Source: Acidimicrobiia bacterium
GTDB lineage: Bacteria; Actinomycetota; Acidimicrobiia; Spongiisociales; JAENVV01
DNA: 20,000 nucleotides
Direction of reading: 5' to 3'
Assembly (NCBI GenBank): GCA_041577335.1
Contig: JBFGJH010000012.1
Location: 46,605 to 66,604, forward strand
Both the position numbers and the translations under genes were made by a program. Shown piece by piece: positions 1 to 7,733 of the stretch; the first letter of the stretch is position 1, and the number at the start of each line of letters is the position of its first letter. The notes under the pieces are model-generated. The model ran no database searches. It had not been told where the DNA came from and saw nothing but the letters and a program-made list of their open reading frames with translations.

Positions 1-292
1 GCATTTCTTCAACGGGGAGTTCCCTCCTCCGCTCGATGTGGTTGAGGGCCAGGTTCGTGGCGATTCGATAGACCCACGACCGAAACTTGGCGTCACCTCT
101 GAATTCGGGGAGGGCTCGCCATGCGCGAAAGAACGCCTCTTGGGCAACATCTTCGGCCGTTGCCTGGTTCCGGACCACCCGCATGGCTGTGGCGGTGATG
201 AAAGCCTGGTGTCGTACCACGAGCACTTCGAACGCTCCGACGTCTCCGCTCTGGGCGCGCTCCACCAGTTCTCGATCTGACCGTTCATGCAC
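1..292 (-). CDS. ECF RNA polymerase sigma-70 factor (RpoE/SigW-like), N-terminal part; truncated by the window edge
   Basis: Manual translation from GTG at 292: VHERSDRELVERAQSGDVGAFEVLVVRHQAFITATAMRVVRNQATAEDVAQEAFFRAWRALPEFRGDAKFRSWVYRIATNLALNHIERRRELPVEEM. This is a typical sigma region 2 (AEDVAQEAF, FRGDAKFRSWVYRIATN). There is an in-frame stop upstream at 335-337. Confidence 0.93.
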   Translation of the reverse strand, partial: MHERSDRELVERAQSGDVGAFEVLVVRHQAFITATAMRVVRNQATAEDVAQEAFFRAWRALPEFRGDAKFRSWVYRIATNLALNHIERRRELPVEEM

Positions 293-334
293 GATGCTCT
301 CAAGCTTATGGCGGATCCCGTCCCGAATGCTGTC

Positions 335-364
335 TTAGACCCCGCTGATGGGGAATAGTTCTCA
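335..364 (-). promoter_or_regulatory. ECF-type promoter P1 (probable autoregulation of the sigma gene)
   Basis: Minus strand reads TGAGAAC-N17-GTCTAA, ending about 42 nt upstream of the sigma GTG. Confidence 0.7.
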
Positions 365-369
365 TTTGG

Positions 370-399
370 TGAGAACCTCTGGTCTCGACGCGTGTCCTA
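370..399 (+). promoter_or_regulatory. ECF-type promoter P2 (towards mscS)
   Basis: TGAGAAC-N17-GTCCTA. Its -35 forms a perfect inverted repeat with the -35 of P1 (GTTCTCA-tttgg-TGAGAAC, 358-376). Confidence 0.55.
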
Positions 400-432
400 G
401 CCAAGACCATCTCCAAACATCTCGCTGAACAA

Positions 433-460
433 GGAACTTCCATGATTGCCCACGCTCTAA
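433..460 (+). promoter_or_regulatory. ECF-type promoter P3, proximal to mscS
   Basis: GGAACTT-N16-TCTAA, a sigmaE-like consensus, ending 12 nt before the mscS ATG. Confidence 0.55.
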
Positions 461-472
461 CCTCACCTACGC

Positions 473-1369
473 ATGATTGAATGGCTCGCCGACCTCACGG
501 GCTTGGAAACGAATACGACGGCCAAGATGATCGGCACGGTCGTCACCATCGCGCTTCTGGTCGTGGTGCGAATCGCTGCCAGGCGGGCTGTGTCCAGACT
601 CGAAGACCACGACGCGTCGTTCCGAGTCAACAAGGGGATCACCTACAGCCTGGTGATCATCGGCGTGTTGGCAGTGGGTTGGATCTGGATCGATGCGTTT
701 GACAACCTCGCCACCTACTTCGGGTTGGTATCGGCTGGTATTGCAATCGGACTCTCCGATCTCCTCAAGAACATCGTCGGATGGGCCTACATTCTCAGCA
801 GGCGTCCCTTCAAGATCGGCGACCGTATCGAATTGATGGGTCTCATTGGTGACGTCGTCGACATTCGGTTGTTTCGGTTTTCGGTGCTCGAGGTCGGAGG
901 TGACCGGGTGTATGCCGAGCAATCGACTGGCCGGCTGGTGCATGTTCCCAACGGTCTGGTCTTCACGGCTCCGGTGGCCAACTTCACTGAAGGATTTGCG
1001 TATGTCTGGCACGAGGTGCCGCTCCTGATCACCTTCGAATCCGACTGGCGAAGAGCCCGGGTGGTGTTGGAGAAAGCGATGCAGAAGTGGGGTACGGAAC
1101 ACCTCGAGACCAGTGCAGCCGCACTGCGCAAAATGGCCAGGCAATACAACATCAAGGTCGGCTCGCTGTCGCCGATCGCCTACATGACGGTCAAGGATTC
1201 CGGCGTGCTGCTCTCTGGTCGACTTCTCATCAGCCCTCGCGAGCGGCGCGCCGTTGATGAGGCAATCTGGACTGAGATCCTCGATGCCTTCGCCGACGAT
1301 CCCGACCTTCATTTGGCGTACCCCACGGTGCGCAACGTCGTGGACCTGCAGCGGCCGCTGGAGGCCTGA
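473..1369 (+). CDS. mscS: Small-conductance mechanosensitive channel family protein
   Basis: 298 aa with three N-terminal TM segments, GLVSAGIAIGLSDLLKNIVG, RPFKIGDRIE and LVHVPNGLVFTAPVANFT, all MscS motifs. Confidence 0.92.
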   Translation: MIEWLADLTGLETNTTAKMIGTVVTIALLVVVRIAARRAVSRLEDHDASFRVNKGITYSLVIIGVLAVGWIWIDAFDNLATYFGLVSAGIAIGLSDLLKNIVGWAYILSRRPFKIGDRIELMGLIGDVVDIRLFRFSVLEVGGDRVYAEQSTGRLVHVPNGLVFTAPVANFTEGFAYVWHEVPLLITFESDWRRARVVLEKAMQKWGTEHLETSAAALRKMARQYNIKVGSLSPIAYMTVKDSGVLLSGRLLISPRERRAVDEAIWTEILDAFADDPDLHLAYPTVRNVVDLQRPLEA

Positions 1370-1385
1370 GGCCGGTCCTGACGAA

Positions 1386-1414
1386 GAGAACTTCATGCTC
1401 GGCTTCGGGTCTTA
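1386..1414 (+). promoter_or_regulatory. ECF-type promoter P4 upstream of the LapA-like gene
   Basis: GAGAAC-N17-GTCTTA, followed by SD AAGGGAG (1431-1437) and ATG at 1444. Confidence 0.65.
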
Positions 1415-1443
1415 GAGACTCAACATCCAGAAGGGAGTGCCTC

Positions 1444-1872
1444 ATGGCACGCGACAAAAAGAACAAACCAAAAAAGGTGTACAAAGGCACAGGGCTCTAC
1501 TGGGGCCTTCTTGCAGTCCTCGTGACCTTGGTCGCCCTCGTCATCCTCGCCGCTCAGAACACCACGCCCGTTCAATTCAGCTTCACCGTGTGGGACCTCG
1601 AGTACCCGCTGGTGGCCGTCATTCTCGCCACGATCGGCTTCACGATCGTGCTGGACGAGGCTGTCGGCTTCGTGTGGCGCAAGCGCCGCCGCCGCGTTCT
1701 CGCCGAGCGAGCCGAATTGCGCGAGCTGCGTGCCACAGCAGCAGGTGACGGCGAGCCCACGACGGCAGATGCCTCTGTCGGTATTCCAGCCGCCGACATC
1801 TCGTCCACCGAGGCAGTCGCTGCTGCAGAAGAGCAGCCCGATCTGGCAGAACTGGGGAGTCCCAGCCTGTAG
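1444..1872 (+). CDS. LapA/DUF1049-family small membrane protein with acidic C-terminal tail
   Basis: TM-QNTTPVQFSFTVWDLEYPL-TM-basic cluster pattern typical of DUF1049. Good SD. Confidence 0.78.
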   Translation: MARDKKNKPKKVYKGTGLYWGLLAVLVTLVALVILAAQNTTPVQFSFTVWDLEYPLVAVILATIGFTIVLDEAVGFVWRKRRRRVLAERAELRELRATAAGDGEPTTADASVGIPAADISSTEAVAAAEEQPDLAELGSPSL

Positions 1873-1896
1873 ACGGCGCCGCGCATCGCGCGAGCG

Positions 1897-1924
1897 GGAG
1901 GCGACGCTACTCGGCGTCGCCTCC
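1897..1924. terminator. GC-rich hairpin at the junction of the convergent LapA-like genes (candidate bidirectional terminator)
   Basis: Perfect 11-bp stem GGAGGCGACGC / GCGTCGCCTCC with a 6-nt loop, overlapping the minus-strand stop codon. No U-tract. Confidence 0.55.
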
Positions 1925-2182
1925 GCGCCGGCGGGTGCGTCGATTCAAGGCGAGGAAGGCCTCCCACACGACGATCCCGGCGAGAGCCGCTCCGAGGATC
2001 ATGATGATGAGCGGCGATCGGAACGACCATCCCAGAAACTCGAGCTCGGTGCGTTCCGAGTTCTGGCCGGCAAAGATGGCGATGACGACGATGACGAGGA
2101 TCGCCAGGATCAGTTTGACCACCGTCGCTGGGCGCAATGATCGCTTTTCTTCGGCCGGCGGAGGGGTGTGTTCATCTGTCAT
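1907..2182 (-). CDS. Second LapA/DUF1049-family small membrane protein
   Basis: TM-QNSERTELEFLGWSFRSPL-TM-RRTRRR. ATG 2182 is preceded by CAGACT-N6 (leaderless-like). An alternative GTG lies at 2188. Confidence 0.78.
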   Translation of the reverse strand: MTDEHTPPPAEEKRSLRPATVVKLILAILVIVVIAIFAGQNSERTELEFLGWSFRSPLIIMILGAALAGIVVWEAFLALNRRTRRRGGDAE

Positions 2183-2213
2183 GGGCACAGTCTGCCAGGT
2201 CGAAGAGCTCGGG

Positions 2214-3572
2214 TTAGGCGTCCACCACGGATCGTGTCAGTGATTCGAGCGCTTCTTTGGCGTCCGCAAAGAGCATGAGAGTGTTGTCGAGATAGAACAG
2301 AGGGTTGTCGATCCCGGCGAAGCCGGGAGACAGGCTCCGCTTGATCACCACCACCGTCTTCGAGTGGTCGACGTCGAGGATCGGCATGCCGTAGATGGGG
2401 CTGGTGGCGTCGTCGCGAGCCGACGGGTTCACGACATCGTTGGCACCCACCACGATGACTACATCGGTCTGGTGAAACTTCGGGTTGGATTGCTCGAGGT
2501 CGAGCAGCTGATCGTACGGTATGTCCGCCTCTGCGAGCAGCACATTCATGTGACCGGGCATTCGGCCCGCTACCGGGTGGATTGCGTAGGTGACCTTGAC
2601 GCCTCTCGCTTCGAGCGCGTCGGCAACGTCGCGCAGAGCGTATTGCGCTTGAGCGACCGCCATGCCGTACCCGGGCACCACGATCACCGAGTTCGCGTAG
2701 GCAAGGGTGATGGCGACGTCCTCCGTGGTTGCCCGGTTGACAGCATCCGCGTCCCCGGCGGGACCGGCCGCCACTCCGCCGAACTTACTGAAGAGCACAT
2801 TGGCGAGACTGCGGTTCATCGCCTCGCTCATCTGGAACGTGAGTATGAGGCCGGCCGCACCCACCAGCGCACCGCCGATGATCAGGGCCGAGTTGGCGAT
2901 GACAAAGCCCGTTGCGGCCGCCGCCAGCCCGGAAAAGGAGTTGAGCAATGAGATCACGACTGGCATGTCCGCGCCGCCGATGGGCAGCACGGCCAGCACT
3001 CCGAGTACGAGCGTGACGCCTGCCAAGAGCCACCACGCGCCGATCGAGCCCGTGGCGAGAGCCCAACCTGCGATTGCCACGGCACCCACGGCGATCGCAC
3101 CATTGAGTGCGTTCGTGCCTTCGAACCCGATGGGCCGGCCGGGTAGCAGACCTTGCAGCTTGCCAAAGGCGATAAAGCTGCCAGACAGAGTCACGGTTCC
3201 GATTCCGACAGAGAGCGCTGTGGCGATGCCGGCTTCGACTGCCACCGTGTCTGGTCCAATCCGGATCATCTCGGCCAGCGCAACCAGGGCCGAGGCGGCA
3301 CCGCCTGAGCCATTGAAGGCCGCCACCAGCTCGGGCATCGACGTCATTTGCACCCGCCTGGCTACGCCGGCGCCGATTGATCCCCCGACCACCAGCCCGG
3401 CGATCACTGTTGCCCATGTCACGATTTCGGTGTCGACCAGGGTCACAACTACGGCCACGAGCATGCCGAGTGATGCGATGGTGTTGCCGGAGCGGGCAGT
3501 GCGCGGATGCCCGAGCCGTTTCAAGCCGATGATGAACATCACGGCCGCGGCGAGGTAGAGAAGCTCAATCAT
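2214..3572 (-). CDS. pntB: NAD(P)+ transhydrogenase subunit beta
   Basis: MPELVAAFNG, IGGADMPVVISLLNS, VPGYGMAVAQAQ, IHPVAGRMPGHMNVLLAEA, GANDVVNP and GFAGIDNPLF motifs. Confidence 0.98.
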   Translation of the reverse strand: MIELLYLAAAVMFIIGLKRLGHPRTARSGNTIASLGMLVAVVVTLVDTEIVTWATVIAGLVVGGSIGAGVARRVQMTSMPELVAAFNGSGGAASALVALAEMIRIGPDTVAVEAGIATALSVGIGTVTLSGSFIAFGKLQGLLPGRPIGFEGTNALNGAIAVGAVAIAGWALATGSIGAWWLLAGVTLVLGVLAVLPIGGADMPVVISLLNSFSGLAAAATGFVIANSALIIGGALVGAAGLILTFQMSEAMNRSLANVLFSKFGGVAAGPAGDADAVNRATTEDVAITLAYANSVIVVPGYGMAVAQAQYALRDVADALEARGVKVTYAIHPVAGRMPGHMNVLLAEADIPYDQLLDLEQSNPKFHQTDVVIVVGANDVVNPSARDDATSPIYGMPILDVDHSKTVVVIKRSLSPGFAGIDNPLFYLDNTLMLFADAKEALESLTRSVVDA

Positions 3573-3870
3573 CTCGCGCTTTGGCCTTGGGTCGGTTGCG
3601 GAACATGCTCAACATGCGGTCGGTGACGAGGAATCCTCCCACGACGTTGATCGTCGCAGCGGTGATCGCGAGGAATCCAAGGACTGCTGCCACGGTGCCC
3701 GAGCCGAGGCCGGCAGTGGTGATTGCGCCGACGATCGTGATGCCCGAGATTGCGTTGGCTCCCGACATGAGGGGCGTATGCAGCGTGGGAGGCACCTTCG
3801 AGATGACTTCGAATCCGACGAACGCCGCGAGGACGAAGACAACGATCCCGGTGATGACGAGCTCACTCAT
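3565..3870 (-). CDS. pntAB: NAD(P)+ transhydrogenase subunit alpha part 2 (membrane)
   Basis: FVLAAFVGFEVISKVPPTLHTPLMSGANAISG and NVVGGFLVTDRMLSMF. SD GGAGG and an ATGAGTGA overlap with the pntAA stop give a start at 3870. Confidence 0.96.
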   Translation of the reverse strand: MSELVITGIVVFVLAAFVGFEVISKVPPTLHTPLMSGANAISGITIVGAITTAGLGSGTVAAVLGFLAITAATINVVGGFLVTDRMLSMFRNRPKAKARDD

Positions 3871-4987
3871 CGGCATCCTCCATGCCAGCCCCGGCTGCCC
3901 GATCGAAAAGCCTTCCCCCGTATGCGACACACGAGCCAGCAACGATCTCGTTCTCGAAATCGAACCCATCCTCCGTGGAGAAGAGCAGCGCAAGGAAACT
4001 GGTGATGTTCTTGGCAAGCATCCGGCTGGCGTCACCGGCGACTCGGCTTGCCAGGTCGGAGGGGCCGAGAATCACGACGCCGTCGATTTCGACGCGCCGG
4101 TCTGGCACGCTGTGCTCGACGTTTCCGCCCGAGCCGGCCGCCATGTCGACGATCACCGCACCAGGCTTCATCTGTCGGATCATGGCGTCAGTGATCAAAC
4201 GCGGCGCAACGCGTCCCGGAACCATCGCAGTCGTGATGACCACGTCTGACTGGGCGACAGCATCGGCCAGGGCTTGCTGTTGTTCTGCTTGAGTCTCATC
4301 TGACACCGCCCGGGCATATCCGCCGGCTTGGAACTGCTGGGTCGGGGCAGCAATAAACGTTGCTCCAAGGCTTTCGACCTGCTCGCGTGTCTCAGGCCGA
4401 ATGTCATAAGCAGACACGACGGCTCCCAGCCGCCGAGCGGTCGCAATTGCTTGGAGGCCGGCAACTCCTACTCCGAGGATGAGGAGCTTGGCAGGCGGCA
4501 TCGTTCCTGCCGCCGTTATGAGCATCGGGAAGAATCGGGTGGATTCGTCGGCGGCTACCAGCACCGCCGCATAGCCACCCGCCGTGGCCTGCGACGAGAG
4601 GGCATCCATTGATTGAGCGACGGTCGTGCGTGGTATCTGTTCGAGTGAGAACGCCGATACACCTGCATCGGCCAATGTTTGTGCCACTTCTGGAGATCCC
4701 AACGGGTCCAGGAAACCGACGACCACAGCATCTGGGGAGAGGTCACCGACAGTGGCGGGATCGGGTGGCGAGAGGAGCAAGACGACGTCCGCGGCCAGGC
4801 TGTCTTGTCGCGAGCTGACCTTTGCTCCGACTTGTCGGTAGGCTTCGTCTGCAAACCCAGCACCTGATCCTGCGCCGGACTCGATCACCACATCCCAGCC
4901 GTCTCCAGTCAACTTGGCGACGGCATCGGGTGTGAGGGTGACTCGTCGCTGCAATTGAGTGACGTCGTTGAGTATTCCGATACGCAT
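3863..4987 (-). CDS. pntAA: NAD(P)+ transhydrogenase subunit alpha part 1 (soluble NAD(H)-binding dI)
   Basis: RRVTLTP, IPRTTVAQSMDALSSQ, GVGVAGLQAIATARRLGA and VIVDMAAGSGGN motifs. Confidence 0.96.
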   Translation of the reverse strand: MRIGILNDVTQLQRRVTLTPDAVAKLTGDGWDVVIESGAGSGAGFADEAYRQVGAKVSSRQDSLAADVVLLLSPPDPATVGDLSPDAVVVGFLDPLGSPEVAQTLADAGVSAFSLEQIPRTTVAQSMDALSSQATAGGYAAVLVAADESTRFFPMLITAAGTMPPAKLLILGVGVAGLQAIATARRLGAVVSAYDIRPETREQVESLGATFIAAPTQQFQAGGYARAVSDETQAEQQQALADAVAQSDVVITTAMVPGRVAPRLITDAMIRQMKPGAVIVDMAAGSGGNVEHSVPDRRVEIDGVVILGPSDLASRVAGDASRMLAKNITSFLALLFSTEDGFDFENEIVAGSCVAYGGRLFDRAAGAGMEDADE

Positions 4988-5100
4988 GGGCTTGCGACAA
5001 TCTAGTCAGGGGGCGACCAATACCCGAGCTCAAGACCGAGGCGAGCACCGATCACACCGCTCTGCGGTGGGCGCCAAGCCGCGTTCGGGTTCTCGTCGCC

Positions 5101-6033
5101 GTGCTGGCTTTCGTCGGCTATATCGTGGCTCTGGTGTTGGCGGCTCGTCGCTGGGACTTACCGCCCGTCACGGGGGAAGTGGTGCTGCTCCTCGGGCTGG
5201 CGCTGGCGTTCGAGCTGTTTGCAAAGGTTCTGCTCACCTTGCTGTTTCAGATCGACATTCGGCACGCAGGCCTCGAGATCGGATTCTGGACCGCAATGAG
5301 AGCAGCTCTCACCGGGTCGGCAGTGTCGCGCTTGCTCCCGGCCGGCGGCGCATTGACCCCCTCGGCGATGGGTTGGGCAGCCAAGACTGAGGCGGACAAC
5401 GCAGCCGGGGCGGCACTGCGGGCCAACGTCCTCACGTACGGAGGCCTCGTCGCGATGACGGGCGGCGTCGTCCTTTGGGGAGTGTCCACCGGGCGACACC
5501 CCGCCCTTTTTGCCGGTCAAATCATCGTCGGGGCAGGGATGGTGATCGTTGGCGTAGCGGTGATGGCGGGAGGCAGGCTGCTGCCTTGGCTGGTTGGCAA
5601 GCTGCCCCGCCGGCTACGGAAACACTTTGAAGCGAGCGTCGTCCGCAAGGGCATTTCGGTCAAGGAGTTCGTCTTGGTGATGATGCGTGTCGCTGCCGAA
5701 GCCGCCGTGCTGTGGAGTGCCATGCTCGCCTTCGGAATTGATTTGACCCCGACTCAGACCATGGTTGCTTACGGGGTCTCGACGGTTGTGGGAGGCGCTC
5801 CCGGCCTCCCCGGCGGCCTCGGCCTCATCGAAGGCGGATTGATCGGTATCATTTCGGCATTCGGGTATTCGGCGGGCATGGTCGTGGCGCCGGTGCTGGT
5901 GTATCGCCTCGTCGACTTCTGGATCATCGCCGGCATCGGCCTGATCGCCGGTGGCTTGGTGGTGAGGGACTTGGCCAAGAGTGACGTTGTCATCGACCTC
6001 CGCGAGCGGCCGGCGCCTGCCCAACAAGAGTGA
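5101..6033 (+). CDS. Lysylphosphatidylglycerol synthase TM region / flippase-like (YbhN/UPF0104) membrane protein; true start may be upstream
   Basis: Polytopic protein with LPAGG, PGLPGGLGLIEGGL and VLVYRLVDFWI motifs. Confidence 0.8.
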   Translation: MLAFVGYIVALVLAARRWDLPPVTGEVVLLLGLALAFELFAKVLLTLLFQIDIRHAGLEIGFWTAMRAALTGSAVSRLLPAGGALTPSAMGWAAKTEADNAAGAALRANVLTYGGLVAMTGGVVLWGVSTGRHPALFAGQIIVGAGMVIVGVAVMAGGRLLPWLVGKLPRRLRKHFEASVVRKGISVKEFVLVMMRVAAEAAVLWSAMLAFGIDLTPTQTMVAYGVSTVVGGAPGLPGGLGLIEGGLIGIISAFGYSAGMVVAPVLVYRLVDFWIIAGIGLIAGGLVVRDLAKSDVVIDLRERPAPAQQE

Positions 6034-6052
6034 GGCCCGGACAGGCCGGGCC
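6034..6052. terminator. Hairpin between convergent genes
   Basis: GGCCCGG-acagg-CCGGGCC directly after the TGA. A second hairpin, GCTGGC-tttc-GCCGGC, follows at about 6060-6075. Confidence 0.45.
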
Positions 6053-6079
6053 CCACTCCGCTGGCTTTCGCCGGCTCGG

Positions 6080-6787
6080 TTAGTTGGCAACCGCGATCGA
6101 CACGCGCAGAACGCTGCGGCCCCAGTTGTGGGCTTCCAGCAGGTCTGACTCACCAACAATGCCACGATGGCGGGTGATGACACCGTCGGCGTCCACGGCT
6201 TCGTTCTCGTTCCCATTCGGATCACCGTCGAGGACGACCGGCCCGAGGTCGGAGCAAGCGTCGACGATGTCTTCACTCCGTTCGGTGTTGATCTCCGACC
6301 CGGCGTCATAGCCGCGGGCTTCGACGGTCCGCTGGGAGCGGGGCAGCTTCAATGAGTCGAGGCCGGCAAAGCCGTCGTTCGAGCAGATCAGCATTCCGGC
6401 GAGCGAGATTCGGTCTCCGGGGTATCCCTCAATGGTGATCGTCACCGTGTCGGTGAAATCACCAAACACGGTGCCCGCCGTCGTCAGAGGTTGGCCAACG
6501 TTGACGACGTCGGTCACTCCGGCGACTCCCTCGAGGGCCGCGACGGCCACGGATGGGTCGCCATCCTCGGCGATGGCAATGATGCCGTCGGAGGCGGCCT
6601 GTCCGGACTTCCAGAAGCTGACGCTTCGCTCGTGGGTCACCACCACTGGTGGCGAGATCGGCTGGGTGGCCGCCAAGTTGGTGATAGTCACCTCATAGGT
6701 CGTGAGACCTCCGCCGTTGGCAGCCGCCGGTACCGCAGCAACGATCAATGTCAACGCTGCCATGATCGCGATCATTCGCAATCGCAT
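6080..6787 (-). CDS. Secreted spondin-domain (Spondin_N-like) protein
   Basis: SD GAGGAGG and ATG 6787. Signal peptide ...VPAAA, then YEVTITNL..QPISPPVVVTH, AIAEDGD, MLICSNDGFAG and YDAGSEINTE. Confidence 0.85.
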   Translation of the reverse strand: MRLRMIAIMAALTLIVAAVPAAANGGGLTTYEVTITNLAATQPISPPVVVTHERSVSFWKSGQAASDGIIAIAEDGDPSVAVAALEGVAGVTDVVNVGQPLTTAGTVFGDFTDTVTITIEGYPGDRISLAGMLICSNDGFAGLDSLKLPRSQRTVEARGYDAGSEINTERSEDIVDACSDLGPVVLDGDPNGNENEAVDADGVITRHRGIVGESDLLEAHNWGRSVLRVSIAVAN

Positions 6788-6907
6788 GTGTGTCCTCCTC
6801 TTAGTGGAACGGTGACCATTCCAGAGCCCGGCCATTGCCCCCACGTGAACGATTCCTGAACAAACCAGGAATTCACGTTCGCCGACCCAGCGGTAGGGTC
6901 GGCGGCG

Positions 6908-7732
6908 ATGCGATACGGGCTTTCCGTCCCCAACTTCGGCGCGTTCGCCGACCCACATGCCTTTGTGCAGCTTGCCACGGCGGCTGAGGCAGGCGGGTGG
7001 GACGGCGTCTACATCTGGGATCACATCGTGGTTGCGGACGGCATGGACGTCGCCGATCCCTGGGTGTGCCTGGCGGCCGCAGCGGCGGTCACCGAGCGAG
7101 TACGGCTTGGCCCCTTGGTCACCCCCCTCCCGCGCCGTTATCCCTGGTCGGTCGCCCGTGAGGTGACCACGCTCGACCGGTTGTCGGGCGGGCGGATCAC
7201 GCTTGGCGTCGGCATTGGCAGCCCGCCAGAAGAAGAGTTCGGCACCTTTGGGCTCCCTACTGATGCCCGAACGCGAGCCGACCTCCTGGATGAGGCGCTC
7301 GAAGTAATCGAAGGTATGTGGACGGGAGATCCCTTCAGCCATGCCGGTCAGCACTATGTGGTGAAAGAGACCCGTTTTGGCCCGAGACCGGTGCAACGCC
7401 CGCGACCCCCCATCTGGGTTGCCGGGGCATGGCCGGCGCGCCGACCGTTCCGCCGGGCGGCCCGCTTCGACGGCGTGTTCCCCCTCAAACGAGGCGACGA
7501 TGGCCGCGAGCTCGTCCCGCTCGGCGCCGACGATCTGGCGGGCGTCGTCGCCTATATCGGGGAGCATCGTGACACCGACGAGGCCTTCGACGTGGTCATC
7601 ACCGATGTCGACGCACCCGGCGCGCCCATCGCCGAACTCGCCGACATCGGCGTCACCTGGATGCTCAGCTATCTCTTCGCGTTCGACGACGCGGCGCAGG
7701 CGATGGTTGCCGCCGGGCCGACTCGCGTGTGA
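6908..7732 (+). CDS. LLM-class (luciferase-like) flavin/F420-dependent oxidoreductase
   Basis: AEAGGWDGVYIWDH, DPWVCLAAAAAVTERVRLGPLVTPLPRR, TLDRLSGGRITLGVGIG and PRPVQRPRPPIWVAG. Confidence 0.92.
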   Translation: MRYGLSVPNFGAFADPHAFVQLATAAEAGGWDGVYIWDHIVVADGMDVADPWVCLAAAAAVTERVRLGPLVTPLPRRYPWSVAREVTTLDRLSGGRITLGVGIGSPPEEEFGTFGLPTDARTRADLLDEALEVIEGMWTGDPFSHAGQHYVVKETRFGPRPVQRPRPPIWVAGAWPARRPFRRAARFDGVFPLKRGDDGRELVPLGADDLAGVVAYIGEHRDTDEAFDVVITDVDAPGAPIAELADIGVTWMLSYLFAFDDAAQAMVAAGPTRV

Positions 7733-7733
7733 A

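Noticed and set aside
38..338. Plus-strand ORFs 38..280 and 87..338
   Set aside because: They are antisense shadows of the minus-strand ECF sigma gene.
3565..4987. Split pntA as a frameshift or pseudogene
   Set aside because: The second part has its own SD and a coupled start, and the three-gene form is a known natural architecture.
6080..7567. 495-aa ORF as a spondin fusion protein
   Set aside because: The N-terminal 260 aa are antisense to the LLM gene and the intergenic region. The strong SD and signal peptide place the start at 6787.
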